Origin: Felis catus
Lineage: Eukaryota
Direction of reading: 5' to 3'
NCBI RefSeq assembly: GCF_018350175.1
Contig: NC_058368.1
Span: 143,160,001-143,224,000, forward strand
Length of the DNA: 64,000 bases
Every line of letters starts with the position of its first letter. Within the stretch, counting starts at the first letter, position 1. Made by a program: the position numbers and the translations under genes. The notes under the pieces are model-generated. The model did no database searches. It saw only the letters and a list, made by a program, of their open reading frames with translations, and was not told where the DNA came from. Below are positions 37,084 through 51,683 of the stretch, in pieces.

Positions 37084-40000
37084 TTCTCTAGCATGTCTTT
37101 CCTTTGTCATTACCATGACCTCAGATGAAATCACTAAACACTTAGGAGCTTTAAGGCCCAAGCAGATGCCCCTCCCTCTGCCTGGATGCTCCTCCTTCTC
37201 TCCTAGGCCAACTTCTATTCTCTGGAAGGAGGAGTGATGTGTGGTCTTCAAGGAGGCCTACTCTTCTGAACCAGCCATACCACTACCTGCCCTCTCCTTT
37301 TCCCTTTGATCTCTTCTTTCATGATACTCTTCATAACAGTAATTATGCTGTTATTTAAGTAGTTATTTTTCTTACTCCCCTACTACTTAAGTTTAAATAC
37401 CATGAGAAGTAAAACGCTCTCCTGTTCAATGATGCATCCACAGTGCCTGGCACTCAAATAGGTCAAAAGAAAGTGAAGTGTGATATCTGAGATTAGAGAG
37501 AGTTTTTAGTAGCAATGGAGAGAGATGGGGCTCTTCATGGCTTACAGAGCACCCCAGGGATCATTACCATAACTGCTTATATTTCTGCCTCACAAAACTC
37601 TTCAAGGGCAATCTTACTCACTTTGTCCTTGCTCACAGACATGCTCAATAAATTCTTGATTTTGAACAAGTGAGTATTAAAATGAACCTAATGTGGATAA
37701 CTGTCAGAAACAGCTGGTCATGCTTAGCTTGACCACACATTGTTTTTGTGTGTGGCTCTTGTGATTTTACACATATAATTTTTAGTTCAATGATTTCTAA
37801 TCCAGGTGATAATACATGTATATATACATACATATAAACACTTCACAAAGGTCACTGTGCCTTCCAGGTGCTCTGAGCCTCTGGCTGTGTTTTTAGAATC
37901 ACAGGTTTATAGTAGAGCTACTTTTAACCTCTTCACCTTCAAATAAAATTAAGAATCTACTTTTTAACTATTCAGAGACTATGATCATATTTTGCAAATT
38001 ATCTTTGCAGCTGTTTACAAGTTTCATCTAGATGTTCTCAAGAAATGACTATTGTTAAGGGGCACTCTCTAGATGCTAAGTTGTCAGGACCATTCCATGC
38101 AGGTCTGAGAACTCATAGGACAAGGGTTTCAAATGTTTCTTCATGCCATGATGGTTCTGGAAACATAAAGCTTAGCTCTAAGGAGAATTAACACGTTAGC
38201 CAGCTACTTGGTCAACACTCAGATTGTATTCTTTACTACATTACTAGATCAATAGACTTAGGAGCAAAGAAAGCATATAATGTATAAGCACACAGTAAAC
38301 ATACAATACAAATTCCTGTACAAATTACAAATACAAATTATTCAAATCTGATTACCTAAATATTTTCCCTTCCTGCAGGCTCTACAAGCAAGAATTCTAT
38401 GACTACACACACAAACTTACACACCAAACCTTGTTAAGATGGTTGTCAATGTAAGTAACTTTAATATCAACATGACCATATCGACTTAACCTCAATACAT
38501 AACATGTCCTCAAATAAATGAAATGCCTACAGAGCTACTACTCATTGGTGAATTTCAACCACACATTTAAAGATTCATAAGCTATTTTTGTGGCAAATAA
38601 TGACTGAATTTTGTCAATTACCCTCTCTTCCAAGTTTGGTTTCCATATGAAGACTAAAATGTCTTCAAGATAGATTAGGGGAAGACTGGGGGAGAAAAGC
38701 CAAAGGTTAGAGTCAAATTCTAATTCTGGTGTCTGCAGGTTTTAGAAAAATTCTCTAACCTCCTTACATCTCAAGTTTGTTTTCTGAAAACAACAAAATT
38801 ATATCTGTTCATCTTCTCATGAGACAAGTGTAAAAGAAAATACATTAAAAAATTAAAAATTATAAAAACATAGTTTTAAGTATAAAGCCACCTAGGCCCT
38901 TTAATGAAGAGATTTCCATATATACTATATCACCTAACCTTTAGGAGTACTAAGAATAGTGCACGCAGCCTGGCATTCAGAGTTCTGAACTGAAATAAAC
39001 AGACTATCACAAGATGATCTCTTCAGGAAGAAAAATGAATACAAAAGAACAAAGATGATCTTTCTCTCTCAATTGGTATCACTGAACTTCAGTGAGTTAA
39101 AAGCAAGGAGTAGTCTTCTCTGGCTTTTTGGAGTATAATGTTTTCTTTCTATAAATTAATTTAGAACTTATATTAGACTGTGAGGTATGATTCACAGGTA
39201 GGACATCCAACAACAAGATTTGAGGTGCTCAATGCCTGTGCTATTATTTCCAGGTACAGCAACAGCAATATATCACTTATTATATTCTTACATTTTACTT
39301 TCCCAAGAGGGCATATCAGACTACACCATTTTCCTGGGGTTGAAACCTGAAGGTTTCAAAGTGAGGGACTACATATAGCAAGTTTCTTTCAGTTTGGTGT
39401 TTATGATTTAATACTGCTAAATTCCATTCCCAAGTATAAAAGGTTTGATTATCATTATGGGTTTCAATCTAAGTCTAGCTATTAGATGGCATTATAGTTC
39501 AAAAATGTATCCCATTACAACAATCCATTCTATGACAGTAGTCTCCTATGCTAGTGCTCTAATTTTAAATGAATCTACTGTTGAAAAGTAATAACTGATG
39601 GACTGATCACATATTTTGAATCTATAATGCCATCTGGAAGGAAGTTAGAAAATGTCAGTTATGTGTGCACATAACACAAAAGCAAAGGATACTATACTGC
39701 TTTTTCCTAATGTTCTACTTAAGACAGAGATAGCTAATTTGACGTGTAGAATAGATTCTTTTATGTAGCAGAGTAACATTATCAATGTTTTTAATGATGC
39801 CCAGCCACAGGAGATCACAAGAGGACATCTTTCTTATTTCCTGGACTAAGGCAAGATCATTTAAGATAATCAAGAGAAAGAGCCTTAGAAATCATTATTT
39901 ACTCCTCTCTTTTACTTTACAGATGACGAAACCAGCTTAGAGAGTTGATGTAATTCACCTAAAATGAATACTGCTGGCAGGACAGCCAGGAAAATCCAAG

Positions 40001-40432
40001 TTCACCCCTTTATTTCTGAGAGGGATAGGATGATAAGAATGTATTTTATTTTTAGAAATCAATACAATGATCTCAAAACCATTATGTTATTCATAGTTCC
40101 TCCCACGAAATTATTCTCTATCGAACTACATCAAGCTCAGCATGCATTCATTCTACAAACTGTTTTCATAGTAAAATGGCACTGATACAACACAGACCTT
40201 CTAAATTTTAAGGATCAGATAAGTAATAATACTGTTAAGATAATGACTAATACTGTTGTATTTCTCCATTATTTCTGTGGCACATGGTCACCAACTTTTA
40301 ATATGTGCTTCCTATGACAGATTGGCTAGAAGAGTAGACATATTAAATGCTATCATATCAGTATTAGATTCCATTTTTGGTGTCAAAAAATATGTAGGGG
40401 CAATGGAAGTCAGGTTCAGAATTGTAATTATT

Positions 40433-40648
40433 TTTTAATTTTAGTTTTCTTGTTTTTTTAATTTATTTATTTTGAGAGAAAGAGAGAGAGAGAATGGGAC
40501 AGGGGCAGAAACAGAAGAAGAGAGAATCCCAAGAAGGTTCCACACTTTCAGTGCAGAGCCCAATGAGGGGCTCGAAGCCACGAACCAAGAGATCATGATC
40601 TGAGCTGAAGTTGGGATGCTTAACTGACTGAGACACTCAGGCGCTCCC
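40433..40648 (-). mobile_element. Can-SINE
   Basis: Reverse unit. Confidence 0.88.
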
Positions 40649-41008
40649 AGAATTATTTTGAAAGGGGCTCTATTTTTATAAATGCTTATTATCCATAAAA
40701 TGTTATCAATAATTTCATTATTACCCTCAAACTAGCTCACTGTTCACATCGAATTTTTCTCATTACTCTGAGGTTAGAATTTTCAAAGTATTATTCTTGC
40801 TGCAGTAATCAAACATATGAGCATTAAACTAGACAAAGAATGATACACTTTATACCACTGCTCAATAATACACAATGAACCAATTTATACCATTCCTATC
40901 AGATATGAATGCATATCTACTACATAAATCTTAAATGAGAGCAAACTATGAAACTATTAAAAGAGGGAAGAATTACAGGGACAAACTGAATTAGCTAAAG
41001 AAAAGTTC

Positions 41009-41218
41009 TGGGGCGCCTGGGTGGCTTGGTTGGGCATCCAACTTCGGCTCAGGTCATGATCTCACTCTTTATGGGTTCGAGCCCTGCATTGGGCTCTGTA
41101 CTAACAGCTCAGAGTCTAGAGCCTGCTTCAGATTCTGTGTCTCCGTCTCCCTCTGTCCCTCCCCCACTCACCCTTTGTCTGTCTTTCTCTTTCTCTCAAA
41201 AATAAACAACAACAACAA
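41009..41218 (+). mobile_element. Can-SINE
   Basis: Full unit with (AAC)n tail. Confidence 0.9.
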
Positions 41219-41904
41219 AGTCCCTTGTATAGTTCCCACCCCTACAGAAGTTAAATAAATTACACAACATAAGTGAATTCTGTGGTACATATGACACTAG
41301 GAGCAGACTGGCAGAGACAAGTGTGAAAGGCTCATCTAAAGCTATTACATGTTTTAAAAGTGAGGCATACAAAAATACAACACTGTGAAGTCAAGTGCTT
41401 TCTTAATCCCAGCATTTTTAACCTAGGACTGTATATCCATTCTCCTTTTTAAAGCATATAGAATAAATTATAAAACAAGCATTTAAATAATATGGTAATT
41501 TAGAAAATATTTCCTAAGTTATTTGTTTACAAATAAAGATTATAAACTTGAATCCCTAAATTCACTTTGAATTAACTTGTCTTTTGATTCTATGATAGTA
41601 AGAACAAAGCAGAAGTAGACATTTGATAATGATTTTAAACCTTCATTCTGGGAGCCATTAACTAACTGATAATTCATGTGCTGTAACTAAGCTTTGGCTT
41701 ACAAAACTCGGGTTGATTTATGTGAAAGAGAAAACATTATATAATTACTTCCTAAAATATGTCACGAAAATAGAATTGTACAGATGAAACCAAATTCTGC
41801 AGGCTATCAAGAATTTTCTATGCATGAATTTTAACTCATTTTCCTTAATGCAAATTTTCTTTCTGACTCTTTTGCTGTCATATGAAGCAAGTGCTTATCA
41901 AATT

Positions 41905-41966
41905 TCTTTTTTTTATGTTTATTTATTTTTGAGAGACAGAGACAGACTGTGAGCGGGGGAGGGGCA

Positions 41967-42005
<39 letters not shown>

Positions 42006-42136
42006 AGAATCCGAAGCAGGCTCCAGGCTCTGAGCTCTCAGCGCAGAACCCGGGTAGGGGCTTGAACTCACGAACTATGAGATCATGACCTGAGCCAAAG
42101 TTGGACGCCTAACCAACTGAGCCACCCAGGCGCCCC
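41905..42136 (-). mobile_element. Can-SINE with internal (CA)n expansion (41968-42006)
   Basis: TSD tcaaatttct. Confidence 0.9.
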
Positions 42137-42969
42137 TCAAATTTCTATTATCATAATAATCTTATTTTTAATCAAAGTGTTAGTAAAATTTCACCTCTAT
42201 CTAATAACACAGAGCTTATTCAGCTTTTAACAAAGCTAATTCTAGGCATCTTTAAGCTTCGACTTTGTTTCAAGATTTTCACTTTTTTTTTTAAACTTGT
42301 ATCTATTTCATTGTAGTTTTCATTTTCTTTTTATTAGAATTTAATGAATTGGGTTACCTTTTTTCTAAGAGGTATGAATAACTAGATCTCAAATAAAAGG
42401 GGAAACGAGACACTTACTTTAGCTTTTCTTTAATTAAAATGATATAAAAGCTCTTTTAAAAATAAAATCAGTGCAACATTTCATTTAAATTATACAAGGA
42501 TGCTCATTGATAAATCAATTACAATTTCATTATCTTACTTCCATTTTAATATACCTACTATCCATTTATAACTATAAAAAACACTTGTAAATTGAAAAAT
42601 AAACAAAATTTTATAATTATAGAAACTACCAACAAAGAAACAGTCAAGAGTTATTAATTCTACACTTTTCTTAGGAACATTTAAAATTTGCCTCACAACA
42701 TCCCTGTGAGGTGGGGAGTAAAGTTTTCATATATGACAACAAAAGAAATGGACCAAGATAGGAGTAACAGATTACACGTAGGAAAATGGCTATGTTAAGT
42801 CTTAAGGAAATGACACCTATAAACAGTTCTATTTCACAAGTTAGGTTACTTCTTTTCCATTCTTTTGTATCAGGAATAGTAGCTGTTGGGATTCTCAAGA
42901 AACGGGAATTTTTCCTCATTCTCAAGAAACGGGCTCTTAAGTCTTCCAAAAATTAAGTGGAGCAAAGGA

Positions 42970-43753
42970 CAGGCATACCTTGGGGATACTGAGGATTCAG
43001 TTTCAGACCACCACAATAAAGTGACTATCACAATAAAGTGAGTCAAATGAGTTTTTGTGTGTGTGTCTCAGGGCATATAAAAGTTATGTTTACACTATAC
43101 TGTAGTCTGTTAAGTGCACCATAGCAGTATGTCTAAAAAATTGTACATATCTCAATTAAGAAATACTTTATTGCTAAAAAATGCTAACTATCATCTGAGC
43201 TTTCCAGAAAATTGCAATCTTTTTGCTAGTAGAGGGTCTTGCCTCAATGTTGATGGCCGCTGACTGATCAGGGTGGTGGGTGCTGAAGGTTGCGGTGGCT
43301 GTGGCAATTTCTTAAAATGAGACAACAAAGTCGGCTGTAGTAACTGACTCTTCCTTTCACCAACAAATTCTCTGTAGCTTGTGATATTGTTTGATAGCAT
43401 TGAAGCATAGAACTTCTTTCAAAATTGGAGTCAGTCCTCTCAAACCCTGCTGTTGCTTTATCACTTAGTTTATGTCATACTCTAAATCCTTTGGTGTCAC
43501 TTGAATAATCTTCACAGCATCTTCTCCAGGAGTAGATTCCATCTCAAGAAACCACTTTCTTTACTCGTCCATAAGAAGCAACTCCTCAACCGTTAAAATT
43601 TGATTGTGAGATTGCAGAAATTCAAATAATGATGAAAAGTTTGAAATATTGAGAGAATTACCAAAATATTACAAAGACGCATGACGTGAGCAAATGCTGT
43701 TGAAAAAACAGTGCCAAATGGACTTGTTCAATTAGGGTTGCCACAGACCTTCA

Positions 43754-43790
<37 letters not shown>

Positions 43791-43840
43791 TTATCTAGTA
43801 AGTGCAATAAAGCAAACTCCAATAAAACAAGGTATGCCCA
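42970..43840 (-). mobile_element. Tigger1 (Tc1/mariner-pogo) internally deleted copy
   Basis: Terminal inverted repeats caggcatacct (42970-42980) and aggtatgccca (43830-43840) followed by TA. Minus ORF 43191-43400 ([30 protein letters not shown]) resembles the Tigger1 transposase C-terminus. Confidence 0.88.
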
Positions 43841-45104
43841 TATAATAGGGTTTTGCCAAAGGAAAAAAACATTTCTTTCTTCTGCTACATGGAAATATCT
43901 TAAATGCTATCTAAGAATAAAAAGGAATTCTAAGAGTCAAGTATCTTCTTTAAAGGTTCCACTTCTTTGGACTCTTCAAAGTTGAAACTGTGAAGATTAG
44001 GTATCTTAAAACTGTCAAGTTTCTTCCATGTTAGTTACGCTCTCTCAGTCAGGGTCTCTTTGCGTGGTTTCTATTGGATAAACTGCAGAACTTCTTCCAC
44101 AGGAAATGGTGACTCCACTAAGCTCCAAAACTAAAGATGGCCACAGAAATCATCAGTCAGCCAAGGAAAATTGGCTTTCTTCTCAGAAGAAAAAATCCAA
44201 CTTGGAGAACTGATCTTTCCTGACTTTATAAAAAAAACTATCCAGCAGGCATATTATATAATCCCAGTGTTCCTTGGACTCAGATAATACCCAGTGATAT
44301 CGTTCTTCACATAATTTAATAAATATCAGTATTCATTTTCTATATATCCAAAGAAAAAAAATCTATTATTTCGTAGAGCCAGAGAGGCCTTAGGTGGTCT
44401 CTTTAATAGTACCTTAGTTTGTGAGTAAAGCATACCCTAGAATGATCTAATCACAAGAAACTATTAAGCCAAAGGATTAAATATACTTTCTAAAGACTCT
44501 TTTATTAAATGCTTTTTGATTAATTTCATGTTATAGATTCCAAGGCTACTAGGAAGAAAATTTCTTTCTATGCTTATGTTTAAGGTTTCTTATTAATTAT
44601 CATGAAGAATTTCTACTGGTGAAAATCAAAAATTGAAACAAAACATAAAGACCCTCTTTGGTGCCCAAGGTAACAAAGACTGAAAAAATTTGGCTTAATT
44701 TAGCTTGTGACTTAATTTTCTACTTTATATGCATAGGCAGCCTTTAAAGTGTCCCATAATATGATTATAACATCCCTATGTTGCTTAAAGGTTAATGTAC
44801 AAATAAGCCCAAAACTCACTTAGACTACCCGCATCCACAAATACCTGCACTATGTTATAAACCAGGAAGAACACTACTGACACAAAACAAGTATTGATCC
44901 CATAACAGATGATTTAAGATAATCACAAACTAACATTTCTATGATGCAATAAGGAAATATATCTGATGACTCTTATGGAGTAATAATCACACTAGAAATC
45001 AGAGTTATGTGAAATGAATAATTTTTAATGTCTATTTCTACTTACAGAAAGAACATGCTTTATATTCACTAAAATAATGTTGTGATTTATCCAGTATCTC
45101 TTTT

Positions 45105-45135
45105 TAGGTTTTTTTAATGTTTTAAATTTATTTTT

Positions 45136-45179
<44 letters not shown>

Positions 45180-45343
45180 ACAAGTGGGGGAAGGGCAGAG
45201 AGAGGGAGACAGAATCTGAAGCAGGCTCCAGGCTCTGAGCTGTCAGCACCACAGCCCAACAGGGGGCTCAAACTCACAAACTTTGAGCTCATGACCTGAA
45301 ACAAAGTTGGATGCTTAACTGACTGGGCCACCCAAGCGCCCCT
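45105..45343 (-). mobile_element. Can-SINE
   Basis: Reverse unit. Confidence 0.9.
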
Positions 45344-46814
45344 ACCTACTATCTTTTTGAAAATCCTTCATCTTTTATAAAAAAGGAAGGGTTTAGATGG
45401 TGGAAGAGTAGGACAACCCTTAGCTTACCTCTTCCCTAGAACATAGCAACATAAATATCAAATCATTCTAAACACCCAAGAAATTGATCTGAGGACTCAG
45501 AGAACAAAGCTGCAAATCTACAAGCAGAAAAAATGACTACCTTGTGGAAGATAACAACTGTGGAGTTGATTTGAGGGAGAAAAGAGGCACAGGAGTTGCA
45601 GAGGGGAGGGAGCAAGAGAGGAGTGAGAGAGAAAGAGAAAAATTATGAAAACACGTGCAGGGGATTACACACAAAAAAATTCTTCCCTAAAACTACTGAC
45701 TGGGAAACAGGAGAGGGTTTAAATATTTCAAGTTTTTTATCATAGCAGAATGCAGAGTCTGAAGTTTGGGAGGTCCATGCTACTGCCAGGGTTAGGCCTG
45801 GCAGTGCTCTGGTGGGGAAGGAGGGCAGGTAGCAGGCAGTGTGGTTTAAGGATCCCCTGGGTCACATGGAGGAAGAGTTCCTCTGCTTGAAAGTGCATTT
45901 GGCAGAGGTGATATGGTTTCCTCAGGGGCAAAAGACCTAGCAGGCACCATTGAGATGCCCTGCTCACCAGTATAGGAACAAAGACACCAGCTGAGGGCAG
46001 CAAACCTAGGTGCTGACTTTGTGCTGTGATTTACCATAAACTCTGAACCGCTGTGCCACCGTTTTCTAGGACAGACTGGCACCGGCCACAGTGTGGGGGA
46101 GACCCTCCCCCTGGGGATAAGCACAGGGTTAGACTGTGGGGGTCTCTAAAGTTCAGAAGTTTGAAACACAGCCACATCTGAGATAAAACACAGGAGGGCT
46201 ATGCAGCCTGCCAGGCAGACAGCTTGGATACAGGGTGAAGGTGGGGATCTGACAGAATCCAGGGACACAGGAGGGGTGACTGCTCTTCTGTGAGGGCTTC
46301 CTGAGGAGTGGTGGGCACGAGCTCCCCACTCTGGAGGCAAGAGAGCATGGCAAAGTCATTTTCACCCTCTGCCCACCAGCACTGACCCACCTCAGTGAGC
46401 TAAACAGAGCCACCAAGTGGAGACTGGAGCCGTTACACCAAGCCCTGCCCGGACACGCCCTGCAGACAGCATCTCCACTAGGGCAAGAACACCTGAGAAA
46501 CAGCACAAGAGCCCTTCTTCCAGAAGACCAGCAAAAATCACTGGCAGATACCAAGTCTACTGATTATAGGGTGCTACAAGGCTTTAGCTCTAAGGAAATA
46601 GGATCCAGCTTCCTTTTTATTTTTTATTATTTATTTTTACTATTTAAAGTATAAACTATATATTTTTTCCTGTTATTTTCTGGATCTAGCTTCTTTTACC
46701 AAGCAGACCAAAACACACTTAGGAGCTAGTTGCTTTTGTCTTTGTTTTTGTTTTACCCCTGGACAAAATGACAACATGGAGGAATTCACCCCAAAAGAAA
46801 GAACAGAAAGTAGA

Positions 46815-47045
46815 GGGGCACCTGGGTGGCTCAGTTGGTTATGTGTCTGATTCTTGATTTCACCTCAGGTCATGATCTCATGGTTTGTGAGTTGAAGTCC
46901 CATATTGGGCTCTGTGCTGACACTGCAGAGCCTGCTTGGGATTCTCTCCTTCCCTCTGACCCTCCCCTGCTTGCTTTCCAGCATGCGCTCTCTCGCTCTC
47001 TCTCTCTTTCCCTCTCAAAAACAAAGAATAAACTTTAAAAAAAAG
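46815..47045 (+). mobile_element. Can-SINE nested in L1 ORF1
   Basis: TSD aaagaacagaaagtaga. Confidence 0.92.
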
Positions 47046-50000
47046 AAAAAAAGAACAGAAAGTAGAAATTACGGCCAGGGATTTAATCAATATAGGTATA
47101 AGTAAGATGTCTGAACTAGAATTAAAGCTGGGCTTGAAAAAAACACAGAAGCCACCAAAGAATCACTTCGGGGAGAGGTAAAAGAATGAAAATCTAGTCA
47201 GGCTGAAATTAAAAATGTGAAAACTGAGATGCAAACCCTCATAACAATGAGGATGGATAAAGCAGAGGAACAAATCAGTGATAGAGAAGAAAAAATTATG
47301 AAAATAATGAAGCTGAAAAGAAGAGGGAAACAAAGGTATTAGACCACGAAGGTAGACTTAGGGAATTCAGCAACTTCTTAAAACATAATATTCATATCAC
47401 AGGAGTCCCAAAAGATGAAGAGGAAAAGGAGCAGAAGGCTTATTTGAGCAAATTGTGGCTAAAAACTTCCCTATTCTGGGAAAGGACACATACACTGAAA
47501 TCCAAGGAGTAGAGAGAACTTCCATTTAATTAAAAACAAAAAACAAAAAACTGGCCATCACCTAAACATATAGTCAAATTCACAAAATACAGAGAAAAAG
47601 GAAAGAATCCTAAAAGCAACCAGGAAAAAAAGTCTTTAACCTACAAGGGAAGAGAGATCAGATTTGAAGCAGATTTGTCCACAGAAACTTGGCAGGCCAG
47701 AAGGGAATAGCAGGATATATTCAACGTGCTGAATGGGAAAAAATGCAGCCAAGAATACTTTATTCAGCATTCTGACTTTATTCTGTCATTCAGAATAGAG
47801 GAAGAGATAAAGAGTTTTCCAGACAAAAACTAAATGAGTTTGTTACCACTAAACCAGCCCTGCAAGAAATACTAAAGGGGACTGAGTGGGGGGAAAAAAA
47901 GACCAAAACCAACAAAGACTAGAGAGGAACAGAGAACATCACCAGAAATGCTAGTTTTACAGGTAACACAAAGGCACTAAATTCATATCTATCAACAATC
48001 ACTCTGAATATAAATGGATTAAAAGCGCCAATCAAAAGACATAGGGTATCAGAATGGATAAAAAAAAAAAAAAAAAAAAAAAAAAAACAACCCAAGATCC
48101 ATCTACATGCTGCCTATAACTCATTTTAGACCTAAAGACACCAGCAGAAAGTGAAGGGATGGAGAACCATCTAGCATGCTAATGCATGTTAAAAAAAAGC
48201 TAGAGTAGCTATAGACAAACTAGATTTTAAAACAAAGACTGTAATAAGAGATGTCAAAGGGCATTACATCATAATTAAGGGGTCTATCCATGCAGAAGAC
48301 CTAACAATTGTAAATATTTATGTCCCCAATGTGGCACACCCAAATATTTAAATCAATTAATCACAAACATAAAGAAACTCATTGATAATACAATAGTAGC
48401 AGGGGACTTTAACTCCCCACTTACAACAATGGACACATCAGTGAAGCAGAAAATCAACAAGGAAACAATGGCTTTGAATGACACATGGGGTGGGACGAAC
48501 TTCACAGCATATTCAGAACATTTCATCCTAAAGCAGCAGAATACACATTCTTTTTGAATGCACTTGAAACATTTTCCAGAACAGATCACATACTGGGTCA
48601 CAAATCAGCCCTCGACAAGTACAAAAAGACTGAGACCATACCACACATTATTTTCAAACCACAACCCTGTAAAACTTGAAAAGGAACAGGAAATAAAGCC
48701 TAAAACCATCAGAAGAAGGGAAATAATAAATACACCACCTAACCTCACACCTAAAGGAGCGAGAAGAGGAACAGCAATAAAACAGCCTAAAGCCAGTGAA
48801 AGAATGGAAATAATAAAGACTAGAACAAAAATAAGTGATATAGAAATAAATGAATAAACAAAAAACAGTAGAACACATCAATGAAACTAAGAGCTGGTTC
48901 TTAGAAACAATTAATAATTAATAAACCTCTAGCCAGACTTATCAAAAAGAAAAGAGAAAGGACCCAAACAGATAAAATCATGAATGAAAGAGGAGAGATC
49001 ACAATCAACATCACAGAAATACAATTATAAGAGAATATTATGAAAAATTATATGTCAACAAAGTGGGCAATCTTGAAGAAATGGACAAATTTTCCTAAAA
49101 ACATACAAACTACCAAACTGAAACGGAGGAAATAGATTTCAACAAACCCATAACCAGCTAAAAAACTGAATCAGTAATCAAAAATCTCCCAACAAACAAA
49201 AGTCCAGGGCCACATGGCTTTGCAGGGGAATTTTATCAGACATTTAAAGAAGAGTTAATACCTATTCTTTTCAAATTGTTTCAAAAAAATGGAAATGAAA
49301 GGAAAAATTCTAAACCTCTTCTACAGGGCCAACATTACCTTGATTCCAAAACCAAAGAACCCACTAAAAAGAATTACAGGACAATATCCCCAATGAACAT
49401 GGATACAAAAATTCTGAAGAAGATACTAGCAAACTGAATCCAATGGTACATTAAAAGAATTATTCACCATGATCAAATGGGATTTATTCTTGGGTTGCAG
49501 GGCTGGTTCAATATTCACAAATCAATCAACGTGATACACCACATTAATAATAGAAGGATAAGAACCATATGATCCTCTCAGAAGATGCAGAAAAAGCATT
49601 TGACAAAACACAGCATCCATTCTTAATAAAAACACTCAACAAAGTAGGGATAGAAGGAACATACCTCAACATCATGAAGGCCATATACAAAAAACTCACA
49701 GCTAATAGCATCCTCAATGGAGGAAAACAGAAAGCTTTTCCCCTACAGACAGTGATGTTCTCTCTCACCATTACTATTTAATACAGCAGTGGAAGTCTTA
49801 GCCTCAGTAATCAAATAACAAAAAGAAATAAAATAAAATCTGCAAGGAGGAAATCAAACTTTCACTATTTGCAGACAACAAGATACTCTATGTAGAAAAC
49901 CTGAAAGACTCCACCAAAGAATTGCCAGAACTAATTAATACATGAATTCAGCAAAATCACAGGAAATAAAATCAATGTACAGAAATCTGCTGCATTTCTA

Positions 50001-51007
50001 AACACCAACAATGAAGCAGCAGAGAAAGAATCAAGGAATTGATCCATTTACAATTGCACCAAAAGCCATTCGATACCTAGGAATAAACCTAACCAAAGAG
50101 GTAAAAGGTCTCAACTCCGAAAACTAAAAAACATTTATGAAAGAAACTGAGGAGGACACAAAGAAAGGGAAAAACATTCCATGCTCATGGATTGGAAGAA
50201 TAAACATTGTTAAAATATCTATGCTACCCAAAGCAATTGACACATTTAAGGCAATCCTTATTAAAATACCACTAGCATTTTGCACAGAGCTTGAATAAAC
50301 AATCCTAAAATTTGTATGGAACCACAAAAAATCCCGAATGTCCAAAATAATCCTGAAAAAGAAAAGCAAATCTGGAGGCATCATGATTGTGGACTTCAAG
50401 GTATATTACAAAGCTTTAATCATCAAGACAGTTTGGTACTGCCACAAAAACAGACACACAGATCAATGGAACAGAATAGAAAACCCATAAATGGACTCAC
50501 AACTATATGGTCAACTCATCTTTGACAAAGCAGGAAAGAATATTCAATGGAAAAAAGGCAGTCTCTTCAACAAATGGTGTTGGGAAAACTGGACAACATG
50601 CAGGAGAATGAAACTGGGCCACTTTCTTACACCATACACAAAGATAAGTTCAAAGTGGGTAAAGACCTAAATGTGAGACAGGAAACCATCAAAATCCTAG
50701 AGAACACAAGTAGAAACCTCTTTGACCTTAGCCGGAGCAACTTCTTATCAGACACCTCGCCATAGAAAAGGGAAACACAAGCCAAGATGAATTATTGAGA
50801 CTTCATCAAGATAAAAATCTTCTGCATGGTGAAGGAAACAATCAACAAAACTGAAAGGCAGCATGCAGAATGGGAGAAGGTATCTGCAAATGACATATCT
50901 GATAAACGGTTAATAACCAAACTCTATAAAGAACTTATCAAACTCAACACCCAAAAAACAAATCAGCCAGTTAAAAAAAAATGAGAAGACATGAACAGAC
51001 ATTTTTC

Positions 51008-51683
51008 TTCTTCTTCCAGTTTTTTTTTAATGTTTATTTATTTTTGAGAGAGAGAGAGACACAGCATGAGTGGGAGAAGGGCAGATAGAGAGGGAGACAC
51101 AGAATCTGAAGCAGGCTCCAGGCTCTGAGCTGTCAGCACAGAGCCTGATGTGGGGCTCAAACTCGCAAACCATAAGATCATGACCTGAGCTGAAGTTGAA
51201 CGCTCAACCAACTGAGCCACCCAGGTGCTCCAACACTTTTCTTTTGTAAAATTTTTTTTAATGTTTATTTATTTTTGAGAGACAGAGTGTGAGTGGGGGA
51301 GGAGGAGAGAGAGAGGGAGACATAGAATCTGAAGCAGGTTCCAGGCTCTGAGCTGTCAGCACAGAGCCTGATGCAGGGCTCAAACCCATGAACCGCGAGG
51401 TCATGACCTGAACTGAAGTTGGACGCTTACCGACTGAGCCACCCAGGCACCCCTAACACTTTTCTTTAAAGATAATGTTTATTTATTTTGAGAAACAGAA
51501 TGTGCACACAAGTGGGGGAGGGACAGAGAGAAAGGGAGAGAGAGGAAGAGAGAGGATCCCAAGCAGGCTCCAGGCTGTCAGCACAAAGCCCGATGCAAGG
51601 CTCAATCTCATGAACCATGAGATCATGACCTGAGGTGAAATCGAGAGTCAGTCGCTTAATCAACTGAGCCACCCAAATGCCCC
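51008..51683 (-). mobile_element. Three stacked minus Can-SINEs nested in L1 ORF2 (~51015-51231, 51245-51454, 51466-51683)
   Basis: Outer repeat aacagacatttttc / aatagatatttttc; inner repeat aacacttttctt. Confidence 0.9.
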
